A stretch of 64,000 nucleotides of DNA from Eledone cirrhosa (lineage: Eukaryota): positions 140,926,001 to 140,990,000 of the forward strand of contig OZ024740.1 in the NCBI GenBank assembly GCA_964016885.1, read 5' to 3'. The notes under the pieces are model-generated. The model ran no database searches. It was not told the origin of the DNA and saw only the letters and a list, made by a program, of their open reading frames with translations. The position numbers and the translations under genes were made by a program. Each line of letters begins with the position of its first letter. The stretch's first letter is position 1. Shown piece by piece: positions 13,102 through 26,580 of the stretch.

Positions 13102-13485
13102 CAGTGGATCCCAAACAGTGTACATCACTGCACTGGTGTGCCATAAGATCTAATTAGGTATATTAAAAAAGAACAAGATTCTATTTCAAAATGTGAAAAA
13201 TACAAATTGAAATTCATAATAAAGTTTATACATAACTGTCAAAATGGGAAATAACTTAACTAAGAATGAAAACATTGCCAGAACCCATCAAATGCATGTT
13301 TCTCATTGATAAAGAAATAAGTATAAACAATTTTCTCTATTTTCAATTAACTATATTTCTAATTTATGCTATACTAATATATGTGAATACATCTTTTGAA
13401 TAAATTTTCGAATTTAGGTACAACGTGTGCCAAAATATTATTTTTACTTGTTTAAAGAGTGCTGTAGAAAATTTTTTAACTACTG
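13102..13485 (+). mobile_element. hAT (Charlie/Buster-type) non-autonomous element
   Basis: CAGTG.../...CTACTG termini, 8-bp TSD-like gtgtagag/atgtagaa, remnant transposase C-terminus QMHVSH-stop. Confidence 0.65.
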
Positions 13486-14249
13486 ATGTAGAAAAAGTTA
13501 AATATAGCCATTATTGTTTCTGTATTATAGTTAAAAGTAAAAAGGCTATGTAGATTGAACTCTAAACCACAAGTCACAAGATCAAATCCCCTGCAGTTAC
13601 TTTCTTTATTCAAGACAGGTAACACAAATCTAAACTATCTCCGCTTAATCTTTTGATACTAACCTACCTGAAACCAATTTTCGTTTCATGATACTAAGGT
13701 GTTTACAATTATCTAAAATCCTCCTTCCATTATATAATTCTATGTAAAAACCTTTGTTAAGTTATGCCCCAACACCATCTTAATAATGAGAATGTTAGTT
13801 ATATTATAAGAGGATCTGCAGTTAATGATAGTTATATGTAATGATCATTAGACAGTTTACATATAGGCGAGGGACATGAATGGTTAATTTATGGAAAACA
13901 TGACTTACAACCAAGAATTTTTCTATGTAGGTGCCATTAAAAATTTTTCTAAGCAGCTGTGGATTTGGAAGGGTTAATTTAAACATTACTCATATTTGAA
14001 GCAACTTAACATTTATTAAATTCTTATCAATGAAATGAGTAAATGTTAAGTTGTTTATACTTTCAGAACAGTCAGTCTTGTCTTGTTTTGTCTTCCCATG
14101 GCATTTACAATAGCTATTAGTCTATACTTTGATCAATCATACATCTCTCCAGATGCTAAACTCCACCAGTTGCAGACTGCGCATCAACATGAGATATTTT
14201 TCTCCACAAAGTTTGATCACCAACAGCAGAGTTTAAAGAGCAAAGGTCA

Positions 14250-14850
14250 AGTCCAGTCCATAGGTTGACATTATCAAACCATCGTTTTGGCTACTGACCT
14301 CTGCTTCTCTTACCAGCCAACTTTCTTTCTAGTAATAACTTACTCACACCATGAATTGATCTTTTGATATGACCATACAGTTTAAGCACTCTTCACCTGA
14401 AAATTGATGTGATTGGTCTAAGCCTGGTGATGTTGAGCAGCTCACAGATACAGTCGCTGAGCTGCTTGCCAGTCATAAGTCTCATGATGTGGTTCTGGAA
14501 TGTAGAGAGCTTCTGAAGTGACCTTGTCGTCCAATTAACACAATGAAGACCATATAACACAACTGGTAGGATGTAAGTATCAAAGATTTTAGCCTTCAAA
14601 TGATAGGAAACTCGTTTTGATGTTAGTACTTCCTTGTTCCTGTTGAAAGCTGCCCAACCTAGAGTGATGTGATATAGTGCAGCAACCATTGTTGTTTGGT
14701 GATAGTTTGTGACTGAGATATACAAACTCCGTAACTTTAGCAATTTGCTGGTTGAAGATTGTGAGCTGGAGATTGGCATTGTTTTTATCAGTTGTCATAC
14801 ATTTTGTTTCGGAGATTTTGATGTGTAAGCCAGCCTCCAGCGAATATTTG
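14250..14850 (-). mobile_element. Fragment of a different RTE-like LINE (RT motifs 6-7 and C-terminus)
   Basis: EAGLHI..TK, EFVYL, LGWAAF...KAKIFDTYILPVVLYG...FQNHIMR. Confidence 0.75.
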
Positions 14851-14851
14851 G

Positions 14852-14986
14852 CAAGTACTTTATTTTATCGACCCTGTAAGAATGAAAAGCAAAGTTAACC
14901 TTGGCGGGATTTGAACTCAGACCATAAAGGGCTATAACTCTTTGCTGCTAAGCATGGCGTCCGACCCTCTACCGATACTGCCAATT
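14852..14986 (-). mobile_element. tRNA-derived SINE family A (Meta-like central domain)
   Basis: B-box gagttcaaatccc and ctttgcttttcattcttacagggtcgataaaataaagtac core. Confidence 0.75.
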
Positions 14987-15005
14987 TATATATATATATA
15001 TATAA

Positions 15006-15642
15006 TTAGTAGTGGTACCCGGCGTTGCACAGGATAAGGTATTTTGGAATGCGGGCCGCCAACAGACCTAATCGTGGAAAAACTGCATGCCTCGACAATA
15101 TGTAAAGAAAATAAACCAAATACTCTGATGAATGGATACTCTTTAAGATTTTCCTCGATGAAGCAGGAAAAATGCAGGTTTTCACCTAATTCGGGCCCTA
15201 GGGGATCAAGAAAATGAATTTTTTTTAATGTGCATAATATGCCTTGAAATTTAGGGAAAATTGGCTAGACGTAACCCTTCAGAAAAGCCCTAAAAACCTG
15301 AAAAATGAAGTTTTTCACCTAGGCTATAAAAAAAGCTATAAAAAAATTGGATTTTCCTTGCTCACAGTATGAAGAAGAGACTGACTAATATATAGTTACA
15401 ATTTCAAGGAAATCGATCTGACGTAACGCCTCAAAAAACCCCTAAAAAGCTGAAAAAACCACAGTTTTTCACCTAGGGGATCAAAAAGTTGAATTTTTTT
15501 ATGTGCATAACACTCCCCGAAACATAAGTAATACACATGCAAAGGTTGAAAAAAATAGGTTGGGTACTTCTCAAGTTTTAGGGATTCAAACTCACAGACA
15601 CACACACACACAGACAGACATCCTCAGTTTTATATATATAGA
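15006..15642 (-). mobile_element. Non-autonomous Helitron-like element
   Basis: Minus strand starts TCtatatatataaaac followed by a (GTCT)/(GT) microsatellite and ends with GC hairpin gcaacgccggg and CTAA(T), close to the CTRR end; internal direct repeats. Confidence 0.6.
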
Positions 15643-16160
15643 CTAGCAGAAAACCACCCGGTGGGCGGTTTTCTGCTAGCAAATCTAGTGTATATACTGA
15701 TATTGTTGAGATTTGGATGAGAAATGTTTTCGGCACCACATGTTCACCGTCTCTCGGTGTGTCTTTTATGCATGTATAAATATATATGTTATCTATACGG
15801 TGAAATCTTTGAAATAAATATATGTTAAAACGAAAAAGGAGAAAAAGAGATTAGTGACGGAAATATAAACGTTATGATATAACGATGGAAATATATCTTC
15901 AAATGGTTCTTGGCATGGTGTCAAGTCAGAACCGCCTCGAACTGGTTACTTCTGTCTTGTGCAAGGTGTCTCTATAGCAACCAGCGATTCCCTCGGCCTC
16001 AGTGACCAAAGTCAGTGGAGAGGGGAAGGTAATGTTTCTATAGCGACAGTGTTTCTCTTGGTAGTACCAAAGTGGAGAAAGGAAGGGGAAGGTAATATTT
16101 CTGTAGCACCTACATTTGAGTTTTAGGGAAGGACAGACAAACAGAGAAATCCCCATATAT
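15642..16160 (-). mobile_element. Second Helitron-like element in tandem
   Basis: CTAGT end within palindrome ctagcagaaaacc...ggttttctgctag (15643-15679); gacagacaaacagagaaat...atat motif at the other end. Confidence 0.45.
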
Positions 16161-16343
16161 TTCTGTGTGTGTGTATATATATATATATATTACACACACA
16201 GAAATGTATATATATTTCTTAGAACAAAATTATTATTAATGTTTTGCTGTTCATAACAATTGGAATTGAAAAATTACTTTTGAAATTATTAGTTATTTTA
16301 CTAATGCTTAGCTTAGATATGTAAAAATGAAGCAATGTTTCTC

Positions 16344-16535
16344 ATAATTGTTTCTACTTTTGGCACAAGGCCAGCAATTACCCAGTACATTACTGGTACT
16401 TTATTTTATCGACCCCGTGAGGATGAAAGGCAAAGTTAACCTCGGTGGTATTTGAACTCAGACCGTAAAGGGACGTAACTCCATGCTATGAAGCATGGTG
16501 TCCGACTCTCTACAGATTCTGCCAATCCACCGCCC
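16344..16535 (-). mobile_element. tRNA-derived SINE family A, near full length
   Basis: gggcggtggattggcagaatc head, B-box, gcctttcatcctcacggggtcgataaaataaagtacc core, ATT-type tail. Confidence 0.85.
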
Positions 16536-16861
16536 TAATGTCTGTACGTAATGAGGGAGTGAGAGGGGAGAGAAAGAAAGGCAGAGGTGAAGTGACGAAG
16601 TGACTCTCTCCTCCTCCTCCTCCTCCTTTATCTCCCCATTCGTCATAGCGATAGAGGGGAGGAATGTTAGTGTGTTACAAAGAGAAAGAGTGAGAGTGAG
16701 AGAAACAGACAGACTAAAAGAGAGGAATAGCTGGAGAGAGAGAGAGAGATAGCAACCACGCGCGCACGTGTTTCCACTGTCGGACAGTGGACAGACAGAG
16801 AAATTGCTGGTTATATATTATAAGGAGATGACTGCGTGATGGGTCCGAAATATATATATAT

Positions 16862-17570
16862 AAGGAGTGTATGGCACCTGTGTGCAAAGTGTGATGCTGC
16901 ATGGTAGTGAAACATGGACAGTGACTGTTGGGGATATGCGTAGCCTAGAGAGAAATGAAGCATCCTTGCTTTGTTGGATGTGCAATGTAAATGTGAGAGA
17001 AAACCAGAACTTGGTTGAACTGAGGGAGAAACTGGATTTAATAGGATTCCAAAAGAGAAGACTGCATTAGTATGGTCATGTGATGTGCTTGGATGATGAT
17101 CACCCAGGATATCCCAGTGGAAGGGAGCTGTAGTAGAGATAGACCAAGGAAGATCCAAGCAGAAGTGGTGAGAACTGATCTCAAGTCACTCAGACTCACA
17201 GAGGAGATGACGAAGGAATAGGGTGAGTGGGGAGATGCTGTGCTGAAAAGGACCTGTCCAACTCATGCAAGCATGGAAAAATGAACGTAAAAATCATGAT
17301 GATGATAAGGAGGATAAAGTTCAAGAAGCTATTACCTCTGCATGATGCTTGTGTATGTAGTGCAATATTGCATAATACCAAGGCATGGGCATTGAATTCA
17401 GGGGATATGGGAAGGTTAGAAAGATATGAAGTGAGCATGCTTCAGTGGATGCATAATGTTAGTGTGGTGAGTGTTCACGAATGATGAAGCATAGATGGGC
17501 TGAGAGAAAAACTAGATATAAGAGAAATCAGATGTGATCTAGAGAGAAGGTTTTGCTGGTACAGACAGTT
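16862..17570 (+). mobile_element. Two adjacent degenerate RTE 3' fragments
   Basis: YGTCVQSVMLHGSETW...LERNEAS and CVCSAILHNTKAWAL...LERYEVSMLQWM. Confidence 0.75.
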
Positions 17571-17585
17571 GTAATATTTCATAAT

Positions 17586-17935
17586 AGGTGCTGGCATGGC
17601 AGTGTGGTTAAGGAGTTTATTTCACAATCTCATGGCTCTAGGTTCAGTTTCACTATGTGGCACCTTGTGCATGGGTCTTCTACTCTAGCCTAGGGGGAAT
17701 TTGGTAGGCAGAAAGTGCAGAAGCTCATTATCTGTGTGTGTGTGTGTGCTCATGTTTATGTTTACATTTGATGCTGTGTCTGTGTTTAAGTCTTGTAACT
17801 TAATAGTTCAACATAAAAGAGATCGATAAAAAACATGCCAGACTGGAAAAAATAAATACTGGGGGCAATATGATCAACCAAGGCAGTGCTCCAGAATGAC
17901 CACAGTCTAACGATTGAAATCAGTAAGTTTAAAAG
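17586..17935 (+). mobile_element. tRNA-derived SINE family C (other copies 20540-20785 minus, 40213-40370 plus)
   Basis: A-box tggcagtgtggttaag, B-box ggttcagtttc, internal (TG)n. Confidence 0.65.
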
Positions 17936-18549
17936 AGTAATCGAGAAAGAGTGTCATAGGATCAATGCGTGCTTGTAACAACAACTATGGCTGATTTTCA
18001 TATTGATCCTTTCAGTTTAAGTGCCATATCGTGTCATGTTTGATTATACATTTTGAAGAAACAAAGTCATTGTTCAAGCTACAACACTCAAATAAATGAC
18101 TTTCACAAGAAGAAGCAATTCTAGTTATCAAAGGATGATTAAGAAGGCTAAAGATTGAAAATACATTGGAACATGCAAACATCCTATTAATCCCATTTGA
18201 TATAGGATTCTATTATGCAATAAAAAGACTTGCTTAATGTTGAATATGCAAAAAAAAAAAAAAAAATTCAAAGGCAACATAAGCTGTAGAAAAATCCAAA
18301 ATAACTGAAAAAAACCCCAAGAATGTAATCAAAGAAGATCCTTTAGAAAAAGCAAATCAAAATATTACTAATAGATGCATAAAAATAGATGCAGGGCAGA
18401 GCATGGCTGTGTGGCTAAGGCGTACCTGTCAACTACCATTGGCGATTTCATCAATTAACATCTTCCTTGAAAATTTGTGGCCATGTGCTGATGTTAGAAA
18501 TTATTATTATAATGGTGTTTTTTTTTAGGTTAATGATACGGAGTTGTAT

Positions 18550-18718
18550 AGGGTAATGGATTGACAGTATCGGTAGCACGCCAGACATCATGCTTCACAG
18601 CATAAAGTTACATCCCTTTACGTTCTGAGTTCAAATCATACTGAGGCTAGCTTTGCCTTTCATCCTTACGGGTCGATAAAATAAAGTACCAGTAACGCAC
18701 TGGGGTCGATTTAATCAA
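18550..18718 (+). mobile_element. SINE family A copy
   Basis: gagttcaaatc...gcctttcatccttacgggtcgataaaataaagtaccag. Confidence 0.75.
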
Positions 18719-18859
18719 AGAAGAAGAAATACTAATAGAATGTAGAAAATAAATAGAGAAAACAAAATCACATACTCAAACACCACACACAAAAAATTCA
18801 CCGAAATTTAAAAAAAATTGTTCAAGGAAATTTCAAAGTATTCATTGAGTATTTTCAGG

Positions 18860-19110
18860 GTTAGGGTGTCGGGTTCACAATTATAAAGTTATGAGTTCAA
18901 TTCTTGGACTAGACAGAACTCTGAATTCTTGAGTAAGATCCTTCATTTCATGTTGCTTTTCCTTACAATTCATTTCTGCAGTTGAGTGTACTGGAGCAAT
19001 GGGGAATAAAGTATTTCGCTCAGGGACACAATACTGCTCTGTCTGGGAATCAAACATACAACCTCACAATTGTGAATCTAACTCTCTAACCACAAAGCCA
19101 TGCATCTTCA
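18860..19110. mobile_element. Two degenerate CORE-like SINE heads in opposite orientations
   Basis: gagttcaattc...cttgagtaag on plus; ctggagcaat...ctcagggacac...ctctaaccac on minus. Confidence 0.5.
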
Positions 19111-20177
19111 CTACATCATTAAAACATCTGAAAAACCCAGCTGCAAAGAAGGCTAACTAAACTTACATAGTTTAAGGTGTAAATGTTATTTTTCATTTCC
19201 TTTTCATTGTTATGAGGGAGAGGGGTGGGTTGGCAGAATCATGAGAGCATCAGCCAGCAGTATCTAGTTATGGTCAAATTCTAGTATCAATGTGAACTTG
19301 TATAGGTCAATCTTCATTATTATACACTGATTTTCTCAGTCTTCATCTTGGTTATTATATCTATAATATTTTGGATGTTGTATTTTCTGGCCTTCTTTAG
19401 CTGTCTGTCATACTCAGTAATGTTCTTAGAATTTCAAACCTAACCTTTCATTCAAACTAGATTGTTCTCATTCAATTGTCCATGTCTAAGATATATTAGC
19501 TAATTACTTACTTTTGATGTTGTTTGTTTTGCTTCAAATAAGACCTTGAGGTTTTGCACATCAGAGAAGCAGAATGAGTGAACAAAAGAACATGATATCC
19601 TTTCATTGGGTGACCACTACACACACATGCGTGCACATGCACCCCCCCCCCCCCCACATGCACACACAAACACATACATATATATATATCCTTATTTTTA
19701 TTTGATGTAGCATCATTTCTTGACAAACTCATTGTATTGCATTGGGTTTTTTTTTATATGAGTATGGTGAACTATAGATATATTAACCCTAAGTTTGAAC
19801 TCCCCACCAGGAGATAGACTAAAGTACATAACACTTAACCAATGATTACATTAACTATATTAATTAGTCCATGATTATAACAATCAAGATGATAGTCCAT
19901 ATAAATCAGTTAATAGTAAAGATAATTCTTCATCTCAGAAATTTAGACAAAGTTAATCCTCTTTAAGATATGTAAAGGCAAATAGATCAGGTAATTTACT
20001 TTCTGTATGTTGAAGCAAAATTACTCAGTGGTTAAGGTACTGGATTAATAGCACATAAGTCAAATCCATTGTAGGTATCCTGGGCAATGTATCTTATTAT
20101 GTATCTCTGGTTATCTAGTAGTCAGGAGTTTGTAGCAGATAATTTTGGTTTGTTTTTGATAATTTTATGGCTTAGTC

Positions 20178-20410
20178 TAGTGGTTCCTAACTGTTTTCCT
20201 ACCAACAATTTCTTCCTGTCCAGATTGTTATATGATGATAATAGCAATTAAAAGAGAGCAATGTATATATTTAGAGTAAAAAAGCATACCCAATAATGTG
20301 TGTGTATTGTTTTTAGATAACTACTTAAAATTTTGAACTTAATTTATGTACCCCCAGTACTACCTTTATGAACATCCAGAGATCTGCTAACCCCAGGTTG
20401 GAAACCACTG
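20178..20410. mobile_element. hAT-type MITE
   Basis: TIRs tagtggttcctaac / gttggaaaccactg; 8-bp TSD-like gcttagtc/tcctagtc. Confidence 0.6.
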
Positions 20411-21194
20411 TCCTAGTCAGAGCATGAAAAGTAGTCCTCATAAAACCTTTTGTAGAACCACTAGAGCTGGTAGGATGAAGTTATCTCCAGATCAGAGACA
20501 TATTCTAAATTCTCGAAAAAAATATGGACTCTGCTAAAAACATCCAAAGGCCATGTGGCAACATTAAACTGGGTAACAGATTAAATCTACCAATCCTCAA
20601 ACAAGGCTGGTTTCTTTGACAGCCTTCTAGATAGTTTCTGTCTACCAAGTTCCACTTACAAGGCTTTGGTTGATGTGAAGCTATAGCAAAAGAAACTAGC
20701 CCAAGATTCCACACAATTGGATAGAAAGTTTGTGGAATGCTGTTACAGAGCGAACTTCTTATTCACATAGCCATGTCTGCACCATATAACTTGAGAAAAA
20801 CTGACATCCTATCGGAGAAAAAAGACTAAACTATGATCTATAAACAGAACACAACAACTAATAGTATATTGGCCCTTGAATGAAGTAGTAAATTCCTTGC
20901 AAGGATAGTTACAAAATGAATGGTGATTTGGTGTAAAAATACAAATTAAAGAAAAAAAGAGAAAATGTTCTGAAGAATTAATCTAGCTTTAGAGCAAAAG
21001 TCTAAATTCTTAAGAGATAAAGTAGCTCATCCATTCCTATCAGATTAAAAAGTTACACTGGATTTTGTTATGTTGCTTGCAGCATCTCAGTATGGCAGCT
21101 TTTAGTAAGGATTATATGTATATTCATAACCACACATACTCACACCAGGCACATATTCTTTTTTCTTTTTGTAATAAGGAATTTTCCTTGAGAC

Positions 21195-21450
21195 CAGTGT
21201 TCCATCTAAGCTGTGTGAGTGCATGGTTGCACCGTTACAGTGCATATCAAAATGTTGCTGTTTAGTAGCTTTGAAATGATACTTTGCACATCAAATTGTT
21301 AACATGTACATCAAAATGTTGCTGTGTACATCAAAATATTGCTGTGCATATCAAAATGTTGTTGTTCAGTAGCTTTGAATTAAAAATATTTTTGCTCAAA
21401 AAGTATCAAAAGTTCCACTCAATGTCTAGGAAAGATTAGCAGGAACATTG
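21195..21450. repeat. MITE-like element with internal 20-bp tandem repeats (related array at 60985-61100, minus)
   Basis: cagtgttcc/ggaacattg ends; unit gtacatcaaaatgttgctgt about five times. Confidence 0.45.
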
Positions 21451-22677
21451 CTTTTTGGTTTTTGCACCAGAAAAATTTGTATACAATAAGTATGAGAGCC
21501 AAGAAGAGTTGTGAGTATTGAAGTCACCAATGGAAGAAACCATAAATAGTTAATGAAATATCACTGAAGTCACCTCAAATGGTGAAGGTATGTGGTTTGG
21601 TGGTTAGGGTGTTGGACTCACTATCATAAGATCATGGATCCAATTCCTTGACAGAGCAGTGTATTGTATTCTTGTGAAAAATATTTCTTTTCATATCGCT
21701 TTGGATGATAGGATTGAAGCTCCTATATTTAAAACACATAAGATGAAACTACATAGTAAGCCAGCTAAATCTACATTACATTACATTTCAGTTTTAGATG
21801 ATCAGTGGAATATGACCTAAGGCATCAAAGGTGGTTGAAGGAACCTCATGAAAATCACTGCTAATGGTTAGTGGAATCTCATCAATGTCACAACAGATGG
21901 ATAACCTTTTGGGACCATATGTATAATATTTATTTGTAGTGATTTACTAAAATTATTATTTCCTTATTGTTGAAACATAAGAAAAAATTCTCATATAAAA
22001 TTAAGTTGGAAGATTTTAATTTAAATAGTGACCCTTTAAAATGGATGGTTTTGCTTCTGGTTTTGAGCAGGTTGGTTACAAAAGTATAACTGGAATATCA
22101 TCGAGGTCACCACAGATGTTTAATGAACTGTCTAATTTTCTTTCTGACAGCCTTGAAGTAAAAGAATCCTTCCCTTTTTGGAAGCTGGAAAATGTTTTCT
22201 TTCTTTAGTCATTAAGTAAAAGACCTTGCACTAACTAATTAACAAAGCATGTTTACATATGGCTCTTAATGAGCAATAAAGCAATGGAAGACAAAGATGA
22301 AAGAACAAAAATAAGAATAAAAGAATGAAAAAAAAAAAAAAAAAAAACAATCTTTCAATTTCAATTAAATTTCTTATGTTGTTGGATTTCTTCCATCATT
22401 TCCATTGAGTGTTACATATGTTCAAACAGTGGAACAGCATGCTCATGCAATTAACATGTAAGTGACTGAGTATTCCACAGACACTTGTACCTTAATATAG
22501 TACTTAGGGAGACTCAGTATGACACAGTGTTTAAATAAAAATATTTTGATATCAAACCAGCCCAAATTGGCTCTGATCCTATGAAACAAAACCACCTGTT
22601 TTACAATGTTCCTAGATGAATGTAAATCTCCCAACATACTTTTATATATGAACCATATGTATGTAAAGTTAAATAGC

Positions 22678-22887
22678 GGTTTCTGGTTGAGGCCAATAAT
22701 TTTAGGGGAGGGGAAAGTTGATTAAATCGACACCAGTGTGTTACTGGTACTTTATTTTGCTGACTCCCTTAAGGATGAAAGGCAAAGCTAACCTTGGCTG
22801 GATTTGAACTCAGCAGGTAAAAACTATAACTATATGCCACACACCATGTTGCCCGACACTCTACTGATACTGACAATCCACCACCCT
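22678..22887 (-). mobile_element. SINE family A copy
   Basis: ggatgaaaggcaaagctaaccttggctggatttgaactc...caatccaccaccc. Confidence 0.75.
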
Positions 22888-23652
22888 TCTAGCTTATAAT
22901 GTTAAATAATGAAAGAATAAGACAAGGTGAAGTATTAATTAATCTATTGTTTTATGATCATTTCTGAGAGCATAATTATTGATGTATAGAATAATTGATG
23001 GCAGTTATGCAACTCCATACCATTAGTCTTGGAAAAGCACATCCATTCTGATGTCTCAGTAATGAAATAATTAATAATTTTAGTAAATCCTTCAAAATCC
23101 TCTATTAATTCATTGAAATACGATCATAGATCACTTACAAAATGCTGACAATACTAATAGAGTGAGCAGTTTCAGTTACTGAGGACAGAAATCACACACA
23201 CACACACAAAAGCCCCCCCCCCCCCCCCCCGAAGACGGGGAGGGAGGGGTGACAAAGGTAAGGAAAAGGAAAAGGAAAGACACTTTCCTCTCAGAAGTTG
23301 AGTTGAGTTGACCAATTTGTGATTGATTCCTTTGATTCCACCTCCATCCTTTACTCCATACATTTTGTGGTTCTGTGAAAATTTTATCACACCCCAAATG
23401 ATAGTTGTTAAACAATAATCACCTGACTAACCATAACAATAATAACAAAAGACATGGCAATGAGCGAGTGGTGGCTACAGTGTGTCTAGTATTGACTGCA
23501 AAGTGAAGCAGTACAAAAATTGTAACAGTATGCAGCAGGCAGGCAATATAGATCTTTTTCTTTTCTTTTCTTAAACCTCCCACTTACCTGCATCCTCCTC
23601 CTGACTACTACCATCACCAACACTTTTATAACAAGTGAGTGATGTAGTTGTG

Positions 23653-23716
23653 AGAAGAAGAAGAAGAAGAAGAAGAAGAAGAAGAAGAAGAAGAAGAAGA
23701 AGAAGAAGAAGAAGAA
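23653..23716. repeat. (AGA)n microsatellite
   Basis: Perfect AGA run. Confidence 0.95.
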
Positions 23717-23814
23717 AAAGAAAAAGAAGTCCTAGCCATTTTTGTTTCTGTTGTCCTATTACTGCATTCTATGTGGAAGCCCATGTGGTCAATAAAGAAA
23801 TTATTATTATATTA

Positions 23815-24052
23815 GGGCGGTGGATTAGCAGAATCAGTAGAGCATTGGACCAAATGCTTCAAGGCATAGTTACAATCCCTTATATTCTGATTTTACATCC
23901 CGCTGTGGTTAGCTTTGCTTTTCATCCTTACGGGGTCCTTACGGGGTCGATAAAATAAAGTACCAGTAATGCACTGAAGTTGATTTAATCGACTTTCCCT
24001 TCCCTCCAAACTGTTGGCCTTGTGCTTAAATCAGAAACCATTATTATTATTA
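23815..24052 (+). mobile_element. SINE family A copy with (ATT)n tail
   Basis: gggcggtggattagcagaatc head, core with a small tandem duplication, ttattattat tail. Confidence 0.85.
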
Positions 24053-24053
24053 T

Positions 24054-24343
24054 CGCGCTGTCACACAGTGCTGATAAATAATGCACTGGGGTATTTAGTC
24101 ATCTGTCAAGTCGCATCAAGGATCTCAGACAGATAATACTTTCCTCAAAATGTGCACATTACCTAGCAAAGCCACCTTTTGTTTGACACTCAACATGTAT
24201 GGCATTCCCAGTTGCTTTAAGAAGTCTTGAAGTTTCAATGAGATTGACCCTAATGCCCCGATGACAACTGGTATCACTTTCACATTACCCTCTTGCATTC
24301 CAGATAGTCTTGCTTGCTCCACATTCAATTCAGATACTTGGTG
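24054..24343 (-). mobile_element. Dong/R4-clade LINE 3' fragment (restriction-like endonuclease C-terminus)
   Basis: VKVIPVVIGALG...QKVALLGNVHILRKVL; (TAA)n on both sides. Confidence 0.75.
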
Positions 24344-24352
24344 TATTATTAT

Positions 24353-24484
24353 TGAGTTCAAATTCCGCTGAGGTTAACTTTGCCTTTCATCCTTATGGGT
24401 CGATGAAATAAAGTACCAGTAATGCACTGGTAAAGCTGGCCTTGTGCCAAAAGTAGAAACAATTATTATCATCATTATTATTAC
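24353..24484 (+). mobile_element. 5'-truncated SINE family A copy
   Basis: gagttcaaattccgctgaggttaactttgcctttcatcc core and ATT tail. Confidence 0.8.
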
Positions 24485-26392
24485 TGGCGCTGCTGAGAAA
24501 AGACCCGAACAAGGCGGATGTTATCGATAATTTCAGGCCCATAACCCTGCTAAACGCAGAGTTCAAGATTTTGGCCAAGGTGTTAGCAACGAGGTTGGCG
24601 CTTGTCGTCAAGGGTCTGGTGGGAGAGGCGCAGACATGCACCATTCCGGACAGATCCATACACGACAACCTCCACCTCATGCGATACATCATAGAGAGGG
24701 TGGTTTAAGGAACCTGGCACGGGTGGGGCCCTGATCAACTTGGATCAATCCAAAGCATTCGATAGGGTCGACCATCTGTACCTGGCGGCGGTCCTCGAGG
24801 CAGCCGGTTTCAGGCCCGTTTTCAGGGGTTGGATCGCAGCGATGTACAGCGACATCTGCTCAGTTGTGAGGGTGAACGGTCACCTGTTGCAGCCGTTCAG
24901 CATCATGCACTCAGTCCGTCAGGGTTGTCCCCTCTTGTCCCTCTTGTATGTATTGGCTCTCGAGCCGTTACTGCACAAACTGGGGGCGATGAGGGGCGTC
25001 CCACGTGAACTAGGATGTGGGAAATCCGAGTCGGCTTATGCCGACGACGTCACCGTATTGGCGTGGAGCATCAGACACGTCCAGATGCTCGGCACCGCTC
25101 TCAAGGAATACGAAGCGGTGACAGGAGCAAAGATAAACCAGGAAAAGTCAGTGGGCTTGCAGCTCGGCACCTGGAGAGGCAAGTCCATGCCGTCCGACAG
25201 CGCTGTGGGGCGTTGGACGGACGGACTGGTTAAATTGCTCGGGGTCTGGTTCAAACCGGACCTCCAAACTGGAACGAGGTGACGAGCAAGGTGGCCTCCC
25301 TCACCCAGAAATGGGCTGAGAGGAAGCTGTCCCTGAAAGGCCGGGCGGAGGTGGCGTATGCGTACATCGCATCCGTCATCTGCTACCGCCTCACCATCGT
25401 CTCTTGCTCCGGCCCAACTCTCACCAAAATGGAGCGCCTCCTCTTCCGCTTTTTGTGGAAGGGACGGGCTCCCATGGTCAGACGATCCATCTGGTGTCAA
25501 CACCCGTTGCGTGGAGGACTGGGCATGCCATGGCTGATGATGCGCAAACATGCGCTGAGGCTGCGACATCTCTGGTGCTTCCTTGATGGTGAACAGGTGT
25601 GGTCGCCATCGCCAGGCACGTTTCCCACAGCTCGTCTCCTTGACGGAGCTGCAGTCCTGGGTCAGAAAAAGACCGAGGGATAGCGCTTGGAAACTGGAAT
25701 GTCTCCAGGCGCTCATTGCCCTCTGCCAGCTGGGCACCAGTATCGGTGGAACATCCACCTCGGCGTTCTATAGAGGACTAGTGGAGGAGAAGAGCGACAA
25801 CATTCTCGGAGAGATTCTGGGCGTCGAAGAAGATCAGCTGTTTGCTCTCTTCCAGAGAACTTTCAGCCCAGGGCCTATGGATAACTTCCAAAAATCCCTG
25901 GCCTGGCAGTGCTACCGGGGAGCGCTGCCGTTTCGAGATAAACTCTACAGGCACGGAAGTGCCGTCAGCCGAGCCTGTCCGAGATGCGCGCAGAGCAACG
26001 AAACCGTTGTGCATGCACTCGTTCAGTGCCCGAGCATTGCTGACTTGTGGAGCTATGTCGAACAGTTGTTGTCGCGTGTAGGACTGATCCGGTTATCGAC
26101 TGAGTCCATTGTGCAGATGGTCTCGCCATCTTCCTTCGAGGAAGAGGGGCAGGCGGTTTTCATCTGCCTGGTGGCCATGGCGAAAGAGATTGTGTGGTGG
26201 ACAAGGTTGAAAGGGTTAAAGACAGACACTTTCCTCTTCGGCGAATCCCTAATTAACTTTTTCAAGTTTCACTTGAAGAGGAAAATCAGGGTGGAGAGGC
26301 AAGTGCTGCCTTCTAGCAAGTTTGTTGAAAGGTGGGTGAATGTAGCGAGAATGGTCAGAGTGAACGGGACCGCTCTGAATATACGTCTGTAG
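24485..26392 (+). pseudogene. L1/Tx1 ORF2 RT plus CCHC zinc knuckle, with a stop and frameshifts
   Basis: ORFs 24740..25282, 25279..25683 and 25583..26392 are consecutive pieces of one ORF2. Confidence 0.88.
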
Positions 26393-26580
26393 TTTGAGAA
26401 ATGGAAAAATTGAGAGAAGGCGCTTGCCCTGGTGGTCAGGGTGGCCGTGGTCTTTTGTGTGGGTTTTCGCCACGAGTAACCCTCGGAGGTTTCCCCCCTA
26501 TTGGGGAATTTTTCATTGTTTCAAATTTCATTTTCATTGTTTATATATATATGTTTCTATGTCCTGTTTTTCTTTTCTTA

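Noticed and set aside
23635-23958. Poly-Arg, protamine-like ORF
   Set aside because: Produced by an (AGA)n microsatellite running into a SINE
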